Source of the DNA: Mobula hypostoma
Lineage: Eukaryota
Reading direction: 5' to 3'
Length of the DNA: 64,000 bases
Assembly: GCF_963921235.1 (NCBI RefSeq)
Contig: NC_086097.1
Location: forward strand, 152,956,001 to 153,020,000
Part shown: piece by piece, positions 27,159 to 40,400 of the stretch
How positions within the stretch are numbered: the stretch's first letter is position 1
Layout of the letters: every line of letters begins with the position of its first letter
Notes under the pieces: model-generated
Told to the model about the DNA's origin: nothing
The model's input: only the letters and a program-made list of their open reading frames with translations
The model's database searches: none
Made by a program: the position numbers and the translations under genes

Positions 27159-28479
27159 CAGAAACACTTTCACAAAATCTTTTTTTTTAATTGACAAGTG
27201 ACATTGATGCACAAATTACTCTTCTTGTTTATTAATGTTCAAGAAAGAGGATATGAATTTCCTCGTTTTAAGTTCTATCATTAAATAATTTATGAACACA
27301 ACAAAACCCACATTATGAATGTTAATGCATAGAATACTGCTGAACAGAATTAGGACAATAACTTATTTTGATAAGATTTTGATGCTTCAAGTATAATCAA
27401 ATTCTCTCCAGCAGGATTTGAATATAGTTTTGTTTTAGCCAACCTTTCAGTTGCACCCTGTTTGGTTGCTAATGTTAATCTGTCATTCATGGGAGCTGAT
27501 GGTCCTGGTTTTCATGTAGAATTTGTCGAATATATATTTCTATGCACATTGCTGCAAAATCTGCAGCTTTAAGATCCTTAAAATGTAATACTGTGCAAAC
27601 AAAGGAAAGGCGAACACTGTGCCAAAACCAGGCTGAGAGCAAACTCATCCTTTAGAGCATCAAATTCACTTTGACATCTTCATCAGTGGTGTTCAACGGC
27701 AAGTAGACTTTACTGCATTAGTTCTCTATCTGCGAGAGAGGTCTGTTGTTTAGGAGTATTGTGGAGGTGGAGAGGATTAGAGCAGAGCTTGGCTGCTCAG
27801 CTAGCATTTCATTCACACCCATCGCATATCAGCTGCAGATAATACAGATCAGTGATCAGACTGAAAATTAGTCTTGTCTTTTCTTGGTTGATGAAATAGA
27901 CAGATGTTGTTGGTTTCAAGAAACTCTTTGTCATCTATCACCAATGGAAATAAATAACAGGTTCCTCAAGCTGTGGCTGCATCAATAAACCCCTTCCCCT
28001 CCACACACTTCATCAAGTCCCTAAACGGAGTTTGATGTCCTGTTCCATACTGTGATGCACTCAGTATGATGCTTTCAACTTCAACGCTTTACTATCTGCT
28101 TGACTATAACCCCCTAATGTCTGGTAATCCTCTGACAAGAAGGGGAGGGGCATTCCATTGGATCATCTAGCACAATGTATACAAGACTAAATGGCAGTCA
28201 GCTGCAAATACCACAGCTTTGGGTAGGGACAGCAAGAAATGAAATATAGAAACACTGGGGAATTGTAAAGTAGGAGCAGAAGTGGCCATTTATCTCTTCG
28301 AGCCTGCTCCACCATTCAATGGCTGACCCACAGCATCATAATTTGGTTATTTGAAAATCTCATCAATAAAATCACTGTAAATTGTAGATTAGGGAAGGAA
28401 ATGAAAATTAGGATAAAGCAGAGAAGGACTATTGCAAGCCAATGGGAATGCTTCACTGTACTCATGGAAGTATGTTTCT

Positions 28480-31400
28480 CTGAGGCTCTGTAAAGGAGTT
28501 AGTGTAGGAGGAAGGGCATAAGATTTTTGGATCTTTAGGCTGTCTTCCGGGAAAGGTGGATCCTATACAGAAGAGATGGTTTGCACCTGAACCGGAAGAG
28601 GACTAGTTTCCTATCAGGAAGGTTTGATCATGCTGCACAGTGGGGTTTAAACTAGAATTGCAGGGTGATGGAAATCATAGTGCCAGAACAGTGAGTGGAG
28701 AGTTTGTCAAGACAGATGTTCTTAAGACCTCAGACAAAGTCAGGAACCAAAAGTCCGAGCATGAGCATAGTGCAACTAGTGTTCCAAGTTACATATATTT
28801 CACGCAAGAGATATCGTGGGAAAGACAGATAAGCTGAGGCCATGGATCAACACCTAGAATTATGATATTGTAGCCATTAGTGAAACTTAGTTGAAGGACG
28901 GGCAGGACTGGCAGCTCTGTATTCTAGGGTTCATTTGTTTTATATGCGACAGACTGGGAGGGAGTAATTGAATTGACTTTATTACTTACATCCTTCGCAT
29001 ACATGAGAAGTAAAAATCCTTGCATTATGTCTCTGTCAAAATGTGCAATGTACAATTTATAGTAATTTGTGATAAATAATATGTACAACAGGACAGTCAA
29101 TATAATATAGACATACAATTGTATCAGCGTGAATTAATCAGTCTGATGGCCTGGTGGAAGAATCTGTCTCAAAGCCTGTTGGTCCTGGCTTTTATGTTGT
29201 GGTATCTTTTCCCCGATAGACTAAAGGGTGATTGGTGGTGTTACTAGTTAGGGATAATGTCACAGCAGTGCACAATGAGGACAGACTGAAGAATGCGTCT
29301 AGTGAACTGAGAAATAAGGTATGACCACATTAATGGGGCTGTATTACAGACCAGACAACAGTCAGAGAAATTTCAAAGAACAATTTTACAGAGAGATCAC
29401 AGACTGTTGCAAGAAACATAAGGTTGTTATAGCAGGTGATTTTAACTTTCCACATATTGATTGGGACACCCATACTGTAAAATGAGTAGTTGGGATAGAT
29501 TTTGTCAAATCTGTGCAGGAAAGTTTCCTTCGTCAATATATGGAAGTTCTAACAAGAGAGTGTGTGATACTTCATCTGCTCCTAGGGAATGATTCAGAGC
29601 AGGTGATAGAAGTTTGTGTAGGGAAACACTTTGCATCTAGTGATCACAATGCCATTAGTTTCAAAGTAAATATATAAAACAGATAGGTCTGGTCTGCGGG
29701 TTGACATTCTAAATTGGCCAATTTTCATGGTATCAGAAAATATCTTACCAGTGTGGATTGGGACATGCTGTTTTTTTGGCAAAAATTACTTAGTGAATGA
29801 GAGGCCTTCAAAAGTAAAATTTTGTGAGTACAAAGATTGTATGTGCTTGTCAGAATAAAGGTAAAGATAACAGGTTTAGGGAACCTTTGTTTTCAAGAAA
29901 AAAAGAGGCGCACAGTAGATATAAGCAGGTAGGAACAAAGGGGAGCTTATGGAGTATAAGAAATGCAAGAGAACACTTTAGAGAGAAATCAGGAGGGCTA
30001 AAAGGTGGCATGTGTTTGTCCTAGCAGACAGGGTGAAGGAGAATCCTAAGGGATTCTACAGGTATGTTAAGAGCAAAAGTATTGCAGGGGATAAAATTGG
30101 TCCTCTGGAAGATAAGAATGGCAATTTATGTGTGGAGCCAAAAGAGATGGAGGAGATCTTAAATAAGTTTTTGTATCTGTATTTACTCAGGAGACGAACA
30201 CAGAGAAGTGAGGCAAAGCAGCATCAACTTCATGGAGTCTATACACATTACAGAGGAGGAGATGTTTGTTGTCCTAAGGCAAATTTTAGAGAATAAATCC
30301 CCAGGGACAGGCAAAATGTTCTCTCAGACCATGCAGGAGGCAAGTGCAGAAGTTGACAAGGCCCCAGCAGAGACATTTAAATCATCCTTACTGACAGGTG
30401 AAGTACCAGAGGATTAGTGGAGAGTCAATGTTGTTCTGCTGTTCAAGGAAGGCTTTAAAAAGAAACCAGGAAATTATAAGCTGGTGAGCCTGACATCAGT
30501 AGTGGGAAAGTTATTAGAAGGTATTCTGAGGGACCAGGTATATAAATATTCAGATAGTCATGGACTGAGTAAGATAGACAGCATGGCTTCATACATGGTA
30601 GATCATGTCTAAGCAGCCTTGTAGAGTTTTTTGAGGAAGTCACCAGGGAAGTTAATGAAGGTAAGGCAGTGGATGTTGTCTGCATGAATTTGAGTAAGGC
30701 ATATGACAAAGTCCCGCATGGGAGGTTGGTCAAGCAGGTTCGGTCACTCATCATTCAAGATGAGGTAGTAATTTGGATTAAGCATTGCCTTTGTGAGAGA
30801 AGCCAGAGGGTGTTAGTAGATAGTTGCCTCTCTGATTGGAAGTTTGTGACCAGTGGAGGGATCAGTGCCGGGTCCATTTTGGTTTGTCATCTATATCAGC
30901 GATCTGGATGATGGTATGGTTAACTGGATCAGCAAATTTGTGGATGACACCAAGATTAGGGGTGTAGTGGACAGAAAGGAAGGCTATCATGTCTTGCAGC
31001 AGGACCTGAAACAACTAGAAAAATGGGCTGAAAAATGGCAGGTGGAATATAATGCAGACAAGTGCGAGGTGTTGCACTTCGATAGGACCAAGCAGGGTAT
31101 GTCTTTCGCAGTGAACGGTGGAGCACTGAGGAGTGCAGTAGAACAAAGAGATTTGGGAATACAGGTCCATAATTCATTGAAAGTGGTGTCACAGGTGGAT
31201 GGGTTCGTAAGGAAAGCTTTTTGGGCTACTGGCCTTCATAAATCAAAGTAATGAGTGCAGGAGATGGGATGTAATGTTGAAGTTGTATACGACACTGGTG
31301 AGGCCTAATTCTGAGTATCGTGTACCGTTTTGGTCTCCTCCTCCAGGAAGGATGTAAATAACATTGAAAGAATACAAAGAAAGGACAAGGATTTTGCCAG

Positions 31401-31510
31401 GCCTGGAGGACCTGAGTTACAAGGGAAGATTGAATAGGTTAAGATTTTATTCCTTGGAAATTAGAAGATTGATAGGAGCTTTGATAGACGTGCACAAAAT
31501 TATGAGGGGC
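28480..31510 (+). mobile_element. CR1 LINE with the end of the ORF1 esterase and a decayed ORF2
   Basis: agagatggtttgcacctgaac encodes RDGLHLN (SGNH motif of CR1 ORF1); VKENPKGFYRYVKSK; MNLSKAYDKVPH; ISKFVDDTKI. Confidence 0.9.
28966..29215 (-). mobile_element. Rex1 3' end inserted in CR1
   Basis: Near-identical to the tail and 3' UTR at 45430-45660. Confidence 0.8.
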
Positions 31511-32615
31511 AAATTGTGCTTCGTTAATGCTTAGTCAATTGCAAAGCAACTATCCTCATAATAGAATGTAAGTGTTACATCTGCCTATTTCTTAGGTATA
31601 TTGATAAATTGTTTTATTCATTGAAAAAAAACAATGTCTTCCAGTGTTTAGTGCCTTTCATATGTTAGGTTATCCGAACTGTCTTGTAATCAATATATTT
31701 GAGGTTAAGTGTCTCTTCTAGTTTAATTCATGAAAGACTGGAGTTGGGGCACAAAGTGTCCTTATTATTCAAACTTTAGAGAATCCCTAATCTAATTCCA
31801 TCTGGGGGAAGAGTCCTTAATAAAGGTTACTATCAACATTTCTACGGTTTTCGAATGGGCTAATGAAATTGTGTGAATATGGATGAAAGAGAATAGTTTA
31901 ACAGATATTCAGTGCTCTGGGGAAAGGAACTACTCATTTGGAAAGGATGCTTGATAATGGTAGGATAGCCTAACTGAACAGACGGATAAAGTGATTGCAA
32001 CAGTATGTGGCTTTTCAGCAAAACACCTTAATTATAATTAAAGCAGAGTGGCCATTAATAAATCACAGAATACTTTATACCCCACCCCTGCAAGTAAAAG
32101 AAAATACCTCGATGAATATTCAGTCAATGATTGACTACATTCACAAATTGATTTATATTTGAATGTTCTTTTGGGAACTATGTACCATCATTAACCATGA
32201 AGTACTTAAGGTAAAAGTGTTCTGAGTTATCTATTACCCTGTCAGTCATCTATTGTGTATGATTAATCTCTGCAAGATCATTCAAATTCACCAGAAAGGT
32301 CAGAAAATTAATGTTAATGCCTTTTTCCTAAGCCCGACAACCCTAACATTGGGGGTCCTAGTTCTGATCATAGGTTGGGTAGGTCACAAATTTAACATGA
32401 CCAACAACAGATTCATAAAACTGATCTATACAGTAGGAAGAGATTGGTATTGGTTTATGATTGCATGTCTACAGAGTGAAAATCTTGTCTTGAACACTGT
32501 TCATAACAATCAAATCATCACACAGTCCATTAAGGTAGAACGAGGTGGACAGAGGAAAAGTTTCAAGTGCATGATCCAAACCTTCAAGCCTGTGAAAAAA
32601 TATAGACTATCTCAC

Positions 32616-32803
32616 TGTCTCTTGGGAATCCTTGGCCCCTCATTGCTCAAAATGGAGAAAGAATATTTGGGATGCAAGCCTTGTCTGTTTAGGGGGTATC
32701 CAGAAGCACTATGTAAATGGAGAAAGGGTAATGCCACCTCACAAACTACCCATCTACTTGTCCCACTATGCATCTCAATGTCATCGGTAGATAAGCTCAT
32801 TGA
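32616..32803 (-). CDS. Weak candidate internal exon
   Basis: Open SMSLSTDDIEMHSG...GPRIPKR; donor ACA|gtgaga in phase 2, matching the terminal exon; the acceptor is weak. Confidence 0.25.
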
Positions 32804-32999
32804 CTAACTATTAACCTGTATATTAGAGTGTAAGGCAGCCATCTGTGCTTAATTTTGACCACTTAAAAAAAGAGAAGAAGAAAAAGTCTTTATGTTGAAT
32901 GGGATTAACTGAAAATTTATTAGTGAAATTTAATTATACAATAATATAGAAACATCAGGTTATCTGCAGGTGGTTGGTTGTGATGATTGGTGTGTCCCA

Positions 33000-33430
33000 G
33001 AAAGTGAGTGAGTTAATTGACAAAGGCACTGCGTATAGAATTGGCATGTCATTTTGTACATTGTAAGAATCATTGATTCGGATGCACTTGGAATATTGTG
33101 TGCTGTTCTGGTTGCCACACCAGAGAAAGGATGTGATTAAGCTTGAGAAAGGCGGAAAATACAGACAAGAATGTTGCCTGGTCCAGATGGCCTGAGTTAT
33201 AATAACTAAATAGATAGGCTCGGACTGTTTTTCTGGAGTGAAGGATGCTGAGGATGAGTCTAATTTATAGAGGTTTATGAAAATATGAGGGGCATAGTTA
33301 GGGTAGATTGTCACAACGTCTTTTCCTAGGATAGTGGAGTCTAAAAATAGAAGGTAAAGGTTTAAGGTGGAGAAAGATATACAGGGCATCAGAAGGGTAA
33401 TTTTTTTTCACACAGAGGGGGATTGGAACA
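33000..33430 (+). mobile_element. CR1 3' fragment
   Basis: cacttggaatattgtgtgctgttctggttgccac...gatgtgattaagcttgaga. Confidence 0.75.
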
Positions 33431-33459
33431 AACTACTAGAATATGTATATTATTCTGTG

Positions 33460-35113
33460 TCAATGCAGGGCCTGAAACTGTTCACTATATAAATTAACGA
33501 TCTGGAAGAGGGGATCATGTGTAGTGTATCTAAGTTGCTGACAACACTAAATTGAGTGGAAAAGCAAATTGTGCAGAGGATAAGGAGAGCCTGCAGAGAG
33601 ATATAGATAGGTTAAGTGAGAGGGCAAGTCTGGCAGATGGAGCACAATGTTGGTAAATGCCAGGTCATCCACTTTGGAAGGAAAAATGGAAGATCAGATT
33701 ATTATTTAAATGGTAAAAGAATGCAGCATGCTACTGTGCAGAAGGGCTTGGTAGATCTTGTGCATGAATCTCAAATGTTGGTTTGCAGGTGCACCAGGCT
33801 CTCAAGAAGGCGACTGGAATGTTGGTCTTTATTGCTAGAGGATTGAATTTAAAAGCAGGGAAGTTATGTTGCAACTGTACAGGATACTGGTGAGGCCGCA
33901 CCTGGGGTATTGTGTGCAGTTCTGGTCTGCTTACTTGAAAAAGGATATACTAGCTTTGGAGGCTGTGCAGAGGAGGTTCACTAGGTTGATTCCTGAGATG
34001 AAGGGGTTAGACTATGAGGAGAGATTGAGTTCCCTGAGACTGGACTCACTGGAATTCAGAAATATGAGAGGAGATCTTATAGAAGCATATAAAATTATAA
34101 AAGGCATAGATAAGATAGAGGCAGGAACGTTGTTTCCACTGGTAGGTGAGACTAGAATTAGCCTCAAGATTTGGGGGAGTAAGTTTAGGACAGAGGTTAG
34201 ATTAGATTATGAGGACACGCAGTCCTCTTTTATTGTAATTTAGTAATGCATGCATTAAGAAATGATACAATGTTTTTCCAGAATGATATCACAGAAACAC
34301 ATGACAAACCAACTTAAAAACTGACAAAAACCACATAATTATAACCTATAGTTACAACAGTGCAAAGCAATACCATAATTTGATAAAGAACAGACCATGG
34401 GCATGGTAAAAAGTCTCAAAGTCTCTCGAAAGTCCCATCATCTCACACAGACGGTGAACCTCCAGCGCCGCAAACTTGCTGATGCAGCATCCTGGAAGCA
34501 TCCGACCGCAGTCCGACTCCGAGTCCATCCGAAAACTCTAAGCCTCCGACCAGCTCTTCAACACCAAGCATCGAGCACCATCTCTGTCGAGCGCTTCGAC
34601 CCCGGCTCGGCAACAGGCAATAGGAAAAGCTGAGGATTTGGGCCTTCCCCTCCGGAGATTCTCGATCGCACAGTAGCAGCAGCTACGAAGCAGGAATTTC
34701 AGAAGTTTCTCCAGGTGTTCCTCTGTGCTTCTCACAGCTGTCTCCATCAAATCAGGATTGTGCACGGCCCCCTAGTTAACATATATCGATATCATTTGGA
34801 ATGGCCGCGCATGCTGCGTCGCACTGCCACCTTCTCCTCCCGATCAGAGGTGAGGAGGAACTGCTTTTCCCAAAGAGTGGTGAATCTGTGGAATTCTCTG
34901 CCCAGTGTAACAGCGGAGGCTACCTCAGTAAGTATATTTAAGACAAGGTTGTATAGATTTTTGCATTGTAGGGGGATTAAAGGTTATCAGAAAAAGGCAG
35001 GTACGTAGAGATGAGTATGGTCAGATCAGCCATGATCTTATGGAATGGCGGAATAGGCTCGACAGGCCAGATGGCCTGCTCCTGCTCCTATTTCTTATGG
35101 TCCTATGTTCTAA
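33460..35113 (+). mobile_element. CR1 RT-to-3' fragment interrupted at 34198-34844
   Basis: WQMEHNVGKCQVIHFG; LYRILVRPHLGYCVQFWS; RRNCFSQRVVNLWNSLP; tail tttcttatggtcctatgttct. Confidence 0.9.
34198..34844 (-). mobile_element. CpG-rich non-autonomous retroposon (647 bp) with a (TAATC)n tail
   Basis: 7-bp TSD CAGAGGT (34191-34197, 34845-34851); 5' end gggaggagaaggtggcagtgcgacg; no ORF and no evident Pol III boxes. Confidence 0.8.
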
Positions 35114-35444
35114 TAGCTGAAAGAGGTGGGTAAGTTACAATGTTTAAAAGTCATTTGTACAAATATATGCATAGAAAGATTTAGAGGGATATGGGTTCAA
35201 AAGAAGAAAATGTGATTCGCTTAAATAGGTGTTTTGGTTAGCATGAATGAGTTGGGCTGAAGAGTCTGTTTTATTGGCAATATATCTATATGAATTGAAA
35301 AACTTATTGATCAGCCTTTCTGCTAACCTGCCTATTGACATCCAATGGGAATCATATAGCCTAGTTCTTGTACTCATTTAAATTGGAGGCACCAGACTGA
35401 AGGGATAAATTCTGGTATGTAAAATCCCAGAATTGAAAAGAGTA

Positions 35445-37830
35445 AGTTCAAATTTCAAAAGTTCAAAGTAAATATATTATCAAAGTATATAAATATCATA
35501 ATACACAATCCTAAGATTCATATTAAGACTACAAGATATAGAAGCAGAATTAGGCCATTTGGCCCATCGAGTATGCTCTGTCATATCATCATGGCTGATT
35601 CAATTTTCTTCTCAGCCCCAATCTCCTGACTACTCCCCGTATCTCTTCATGCCCTGACTAAGAATCTATCAACCTCTGCCTTAAATATACATAAAGATTA
35701 GGCTTCCACAGCTGCCTATGGTAAAGAATTCCACAGATTCACCACTCTCTGGCTAAAGAAATTCCTCCTCATCTTCATTCTGAAATGGCGGCCCTCTATT
35801 CTGAGGCTATGTCCTCTGGTCTTAGACTCTCCCACCATAGGAAACATCTTCTCTACATTCACTCTATAAAGGCCTTTCATCGTTCAATAGGTTTCAAAGA
35901 GGTCACCCCTCATGCTTCTGAATTCTAGTGAATACAGGCCCAGAGCCATCAAGCACTCTTCATATGATAAGCCATTTAATCCTGGAATCATTTTCATGAA
36001 CCTCCTTTGAACCCTCTCCGGTTTCAGCACATCCTTTCTAAGATAAGGGGCCCACAACTGCTCACAATACTCCAAGTGAGACCTCACAAATGTTTTATAA
36101 ATTCTCAAATGCACATCCTTGCTTTTATATTCTGGTTCTCTTGAAATGAATGGTGCCATCGCATTTGCCTTCCTCACCACAGATTCAACTTGCAAATTAA
36201 CCTTTAAAAAAATCCTTCACAAAGAGTCCAGACTTCCTTTGCACCTCTTTTTTTGTATTTTCTCTACATTTAGAAAATAGTCTACTCTTTTATTTCTTCT
36301 ACCAAAATGCATGATCATACACTTCCTGACACAGTATTCCATCTGCCATTTCTTTGCCCATTGTCCTAATTTGGATCTCCTCTGCTTCCTCAAATCTCCC
36401 TGCCCCTCCAGCTATCTTCAAATCATCTGCAAACTTTGCAACAAAGAGTTTTCCTTGAGGAATCCATGCTGACTACGGCCTATTGTCTTGCAGGCATTCA
36501 CAGTAAATACAACAAACACAATGAAATCAGTGAAAGACTTCCCAACAGGACAGACAAACTATCTAAGTGCAAAAGGCAACAAACTGTGTGAACATGAGAA
36601 GAAAAAAAAAATAATTATTATAAATAAGCAATAAGTATCGAGGACATGAGATGAAAAGTCCTTTAAAGTCAGTTAATGTTGACTGAAGTTATCTCCTCAG
36701 TTTCAAGAGCCTGATGGTTGAGGGGTACTAACTGTTCCTGAACCCCTAGTTGTGAGTCCTGAGGCTCCTGTACCACCTTCCTGATGACAGCAGCACAAAC
36801 AGGGGATGGCCTGGGTGGTGGAGATCCTTGATAATGGATGGTGTTTTCTTGCACTCCGCATAGATGTGCTAAATGGTGAGAAGGGCTTTACCTGCGATGG
36901 ACTGGGCCATATCAACTACATTCTGTCAGCTTTTCTGTTCAAGGACATGGGTGTTTCCATATCAGGCGATGTTGAAACCAGTCAATGTACTTACCAGCAG
37001 ACATCTATAGAAGTTTATTAAAGTTTTATATGGAATGCCCAATCTTTTCAAATTTCTAAGAGGTGCTACTATGTTTTCTTTGTATTGGCACTTACGTGCT
37101 GAACCAACAACCAATCTTCTGAAATACTAACACTGAGGAATTTAAAGTTGCTGACCCCCTCCACCTCTAATCCTCCAATAAGAACTAACTCATGGACCTT
37201 TGGTTACCTCCTCCTGAAGTCAATAATGAACTCCTAGGTCTTTCCAAGTAGTGAGATTCTGTTGTTTTGACACCACATAGCCAGGTTTTCAATCTCCCTC
37301 CTACATGCTGATTTATCATCATCTTTGATTCAGCAGCAAATTTGAATAGGGCATTGGAGTTGTGCTTAGCATCACAGTCATAAGTACAAAGGGAGTAGAG
37401 TAGGGGGCTAAGCATACAGCCTTGTGGTGTACCTATACTGATGGGGATTATGGAGGAGATGTTGCCAATCTGGCTGAGTCTGCAAGTGAAGAAATTGAAG
37501 ATCCAGTTGCACAAGGAGTTATTGAGGCCAAAATCTTGAAGCTTATTGATTAGCTTTGAGGGACTGATAGTATTGAATGCCAAACACTTGTCAATGATGA
37601 GCATTCTGGTGTCCATATTGATATCCATTCTGATGTATGCATCTTCACTGTCCATATGTTCCCGGGTTGAATGAAGAGCCAATGAAATGGCTTCTGCTGT
37701 TGACCCGTTGCTCCGGTGGCAAACTGGAGCAGATCTAATTTGCTTCTCAGGCAAGAGTTAATAAGTTTTATTTTCAACTCCTCAAAACACTTCATCATAG
37801 TGCATGTAAGTGCTGTGCTACTAGATGATA
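35445..37830 (-). mobile_element. Rex1/Babar LINE (RT to 3') interrupted by CR1 at 35525-36480
   Basis: STAEAISLALHST...LAFNTISPSKL...GTPQGCMLSPLLYSLCT...LFKFAAES. Confidence 0.88.
35525..36480 (-). mobile_element. CR1 3' fragment nested in Rex1
   Basis: YKTFVRSHLEYCEQLWAPYLRKD...RSMRGDLFETY; tail aagactacaagatatagaagcagaattaggcc. Confidence 0.88.
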
Positions 37831-38331
37831 GCACTTAGATAGAGTGGAAAGAAGGACAAAAAGTGATCAGTGATGCAATGACATATATGATAGTACCTTG
37901 AAAGATGCAACACTTCTTCTGCTTTCACTGATAGAAAAGGAGAGCTTCAGCTCACCAAATTGTCTGTACTTCACCACATTATTGCATCTGACTCTTCAAT
38001 TGTAACAACTAGACTTCCATCAAATTATACAGACTTAGTAAATACCTGGGCCAGACAAGTATTGGTTAATTGTAAGCAGGAAACCTCTAATTGCCTCACC
38101 TAGAGTTTTAATCATGATTGACTCCTGCCGTCTGCACTGCACAGTCTTGTTCGTTTCCTAAATCATTTTGGTTGCAGCCAGGTTAAGAGCGTTATTGACT
38201 GAGTATTGCTTTTTTTTTCATTATCTTACTGGCTCTACACATCAGATGTTTTCCAATTGCACTCACAGATCTGCTTTCTGTTTTAAACATTAAGAAAAGA
38301 ACATTTGTCCTTCCTATAGTGTTTATCCAGA

Positions 38332-39295
38332 TTCTGATTCAGATTTCATCTTTATTTATTTATTTATTTATCATATGTACATGGAAACTCAGAGGAACGT
38401 GCTGGGGGCAGCCTGCACGTGTCACTACATATTCAGGCAGCAACACAGCATGCACACAATGTTCAGCAGAACAACACAAGCAGCAACAACATTAGCAATG
38501 AAACAAAACAAGGCAACCACAGCAAAACAAGCCCTTTTCCCACCCTCCCACCCATTCACCGACTCAGAAACACAGATAGGCCTGCAACCCCAGGTGAGGT
38601 CATATTTGGGTCTTCAGTCCTTGGCCCTGGTCTCTCAGACTCATAAACATCGGGCTTTGAACCTCCAGTCCCGGACGCAAATACATTGAGCCTTTGATCT
38701 CTAGACCATCCAATCCAGGGGCTTTGTCTGTGGGTTCCTCCTTTGATCTCGCTGACTTTGGTTTTTGACCTTTTGTCTTACTACCATTGGATCTGATGAA
38801 CCCTGGACTTCAGCTTTTGGCTTTGCCCTCCAGACTTCGCTCATTTCTGGCTAACGATTCCAGGACTTGCCGATCACAGGTCTGAGTTTCGAGCCCCAAC
38901 CCCAGGACTTGCTGATCATGGGTTTGACCTCCAGGCCTCGACTTTCTGACTCACACAGACCTTTGACCCCTGTGACCTGGAGGGAGGGTTAGCTCCCACC
39001 CTTACGGACCTCCAGACAGAGAATTACTTATCTCATCAGCATCTGCTAACCTGACCTCCGGGATCACTGACCTGTGACTGCAAAGCACTCCGATCTGCAT
39101 TCTGAACACCAGCTCTGGCCCTTTACACTTTATTTATTACCTCTGATCTCTAACCCTCCCTCATCGCAGCCCCTAAACCCAAACCTTATCCCTAATACCC
39201 CATGTGGTCACCTAAACCATCACTACACACCTAAAAAGCAACTAAGACAGACATGACATTGACGGATATTACAAATCAGTGCCAAATTGACCAGA
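38332..39295 (-). mobile_element. Non-autonomous Rex1-type element
   Basis: Reverse tail ttctgattcagat...tttatcatatgtacat; 5' end resembles ctggtcaagatggcgctg; internal short imperfect repeats. Confidence 0.5.
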
Positions 39296-39404
39296 ATATA
39301 AAGAATCTATAAAGAATTATCAGTTTCTGTGTGCCTAAGCTATTACTAGAATTCAGATTTTTAAGTTTAAATCATAATATTTCAGTTTATTTATTAATTT
39401 GGTT

Positions 39405-39685
39405 GTTTATTTGGTGCTACGGGGTGGAGTAGCCCACCCAGCCTTCGAGCTACACCACCCCAGCAAACCCCAACAAACCTGATTCACACTAACTTAATTA
39501 TGAGACAATATACAATGACTAACTAACTTATCCTGCTTGTCTTTGGACTGTTGGAGGATATCGGATAATCCAAAAAATCCCACAAGTTCCACGGGGAGGA
39601 TGAACAGGGGCTCCTCACAGAACATCACCAGAATCAAACTCTGAAATCCGGAAAGCACTGAGCTGTAATAGTGTTGCATTAAATT
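39405..39685 (-). mobile_element. V-SINE
   Basis: Reverse V-domain gtctttggactgttggagg...ccacggggagg; reverse box B agaatcaaactc. Confidence 0.75.
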
Positions 39686-39859
39686 CCCAAAAGGTTATTT
39701 CAAACCTTAATATTTCTCATTTTTCTTTGACTTATTACACCACAGAAAGCCAGTTGGCCTCTTCTGTTTATGTCAGCTCAAAAGAGAGATCCAATTAATC
39801 CCACTTTCCCTCCTATTTCTCTGTAACCTTTCTATAACATGCCTATTAGTTCTGCCATG

Positions 39860-40050
39860 ACACTCCCACCAGTTTTCTGCTCTAGAGGAAATTTGCAGTT
39901 GCCAATTAAACTACCAACCAGCATATCTTTAAGATATAGGGAGATGGATGCTAGAGCACTCCGGGGAAATCCACACAGCTATTATTGGAGGTCAGGGTCA
40001 AACGAGGGCTCTGGAGTTGTGTGACAGCTGAGCTACCTGCTGTGAAATTT
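39860..40050 (-). mobile_element. V-SINE, decayed
   Basis: ccaattaaactaccaaccagcatatcttt...agagcactccggggaaatccacac. Confidence 0.6.
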
Positions 40051-40110
40051 TGCAACTTTAAGCCAAGTAAACATCGTCATCTTGAAAGTATATCTCGAAT
40101 ATGACATAAG

Positions 40111-40400
40111 GAGGCGCAATAGTGTAGTGGTTAGTACAACGATTTAAAGTGCCAGTGATCCGAGTTCAATTCCCACTGCTCCCAGTTAGGAGTTTGGACA
40201 TTCTCCCTGTGACCACGTGAGTTTCCTCCTGGTTGTCCGGTTTCCTCTAACAGTCCAAAGACGTACTGTCTGGTAGGTTAATTGATCATTGTAACTTGTC
40301 CCATGATTAGGCTAAGATTAAATCGGGGGTTGATAAGTGGAAGGACTCCAAGTGCCAGAAGAGCCTTCTCTCTGCTGTATGTCAATGAATAAGTAAATAT
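40111..40400 (+). mobile_element. tRNA-derived V-SINE, best-preserved copy
   Basis: Box A TAGTGTAGTGG 40120-40130; box B GAGTTCAATTCC 40162-40173; V-domain gtttcctcctggttgtccggtttcctctaacagtccaaagacg. Confidence 0.9.

Noticed and set aside
32253..32807. 184-aa plus-strand ORF
   Set aside because: No recognisable motif, a non-ATG start, and it crosses a repeat tail (~32440-32540); probably a chance ORF.
40111..40185. tRNA gene
   Set aside because: The A and B boxes continue into the V-SINE body and tail; there is no complete cloverleaf.
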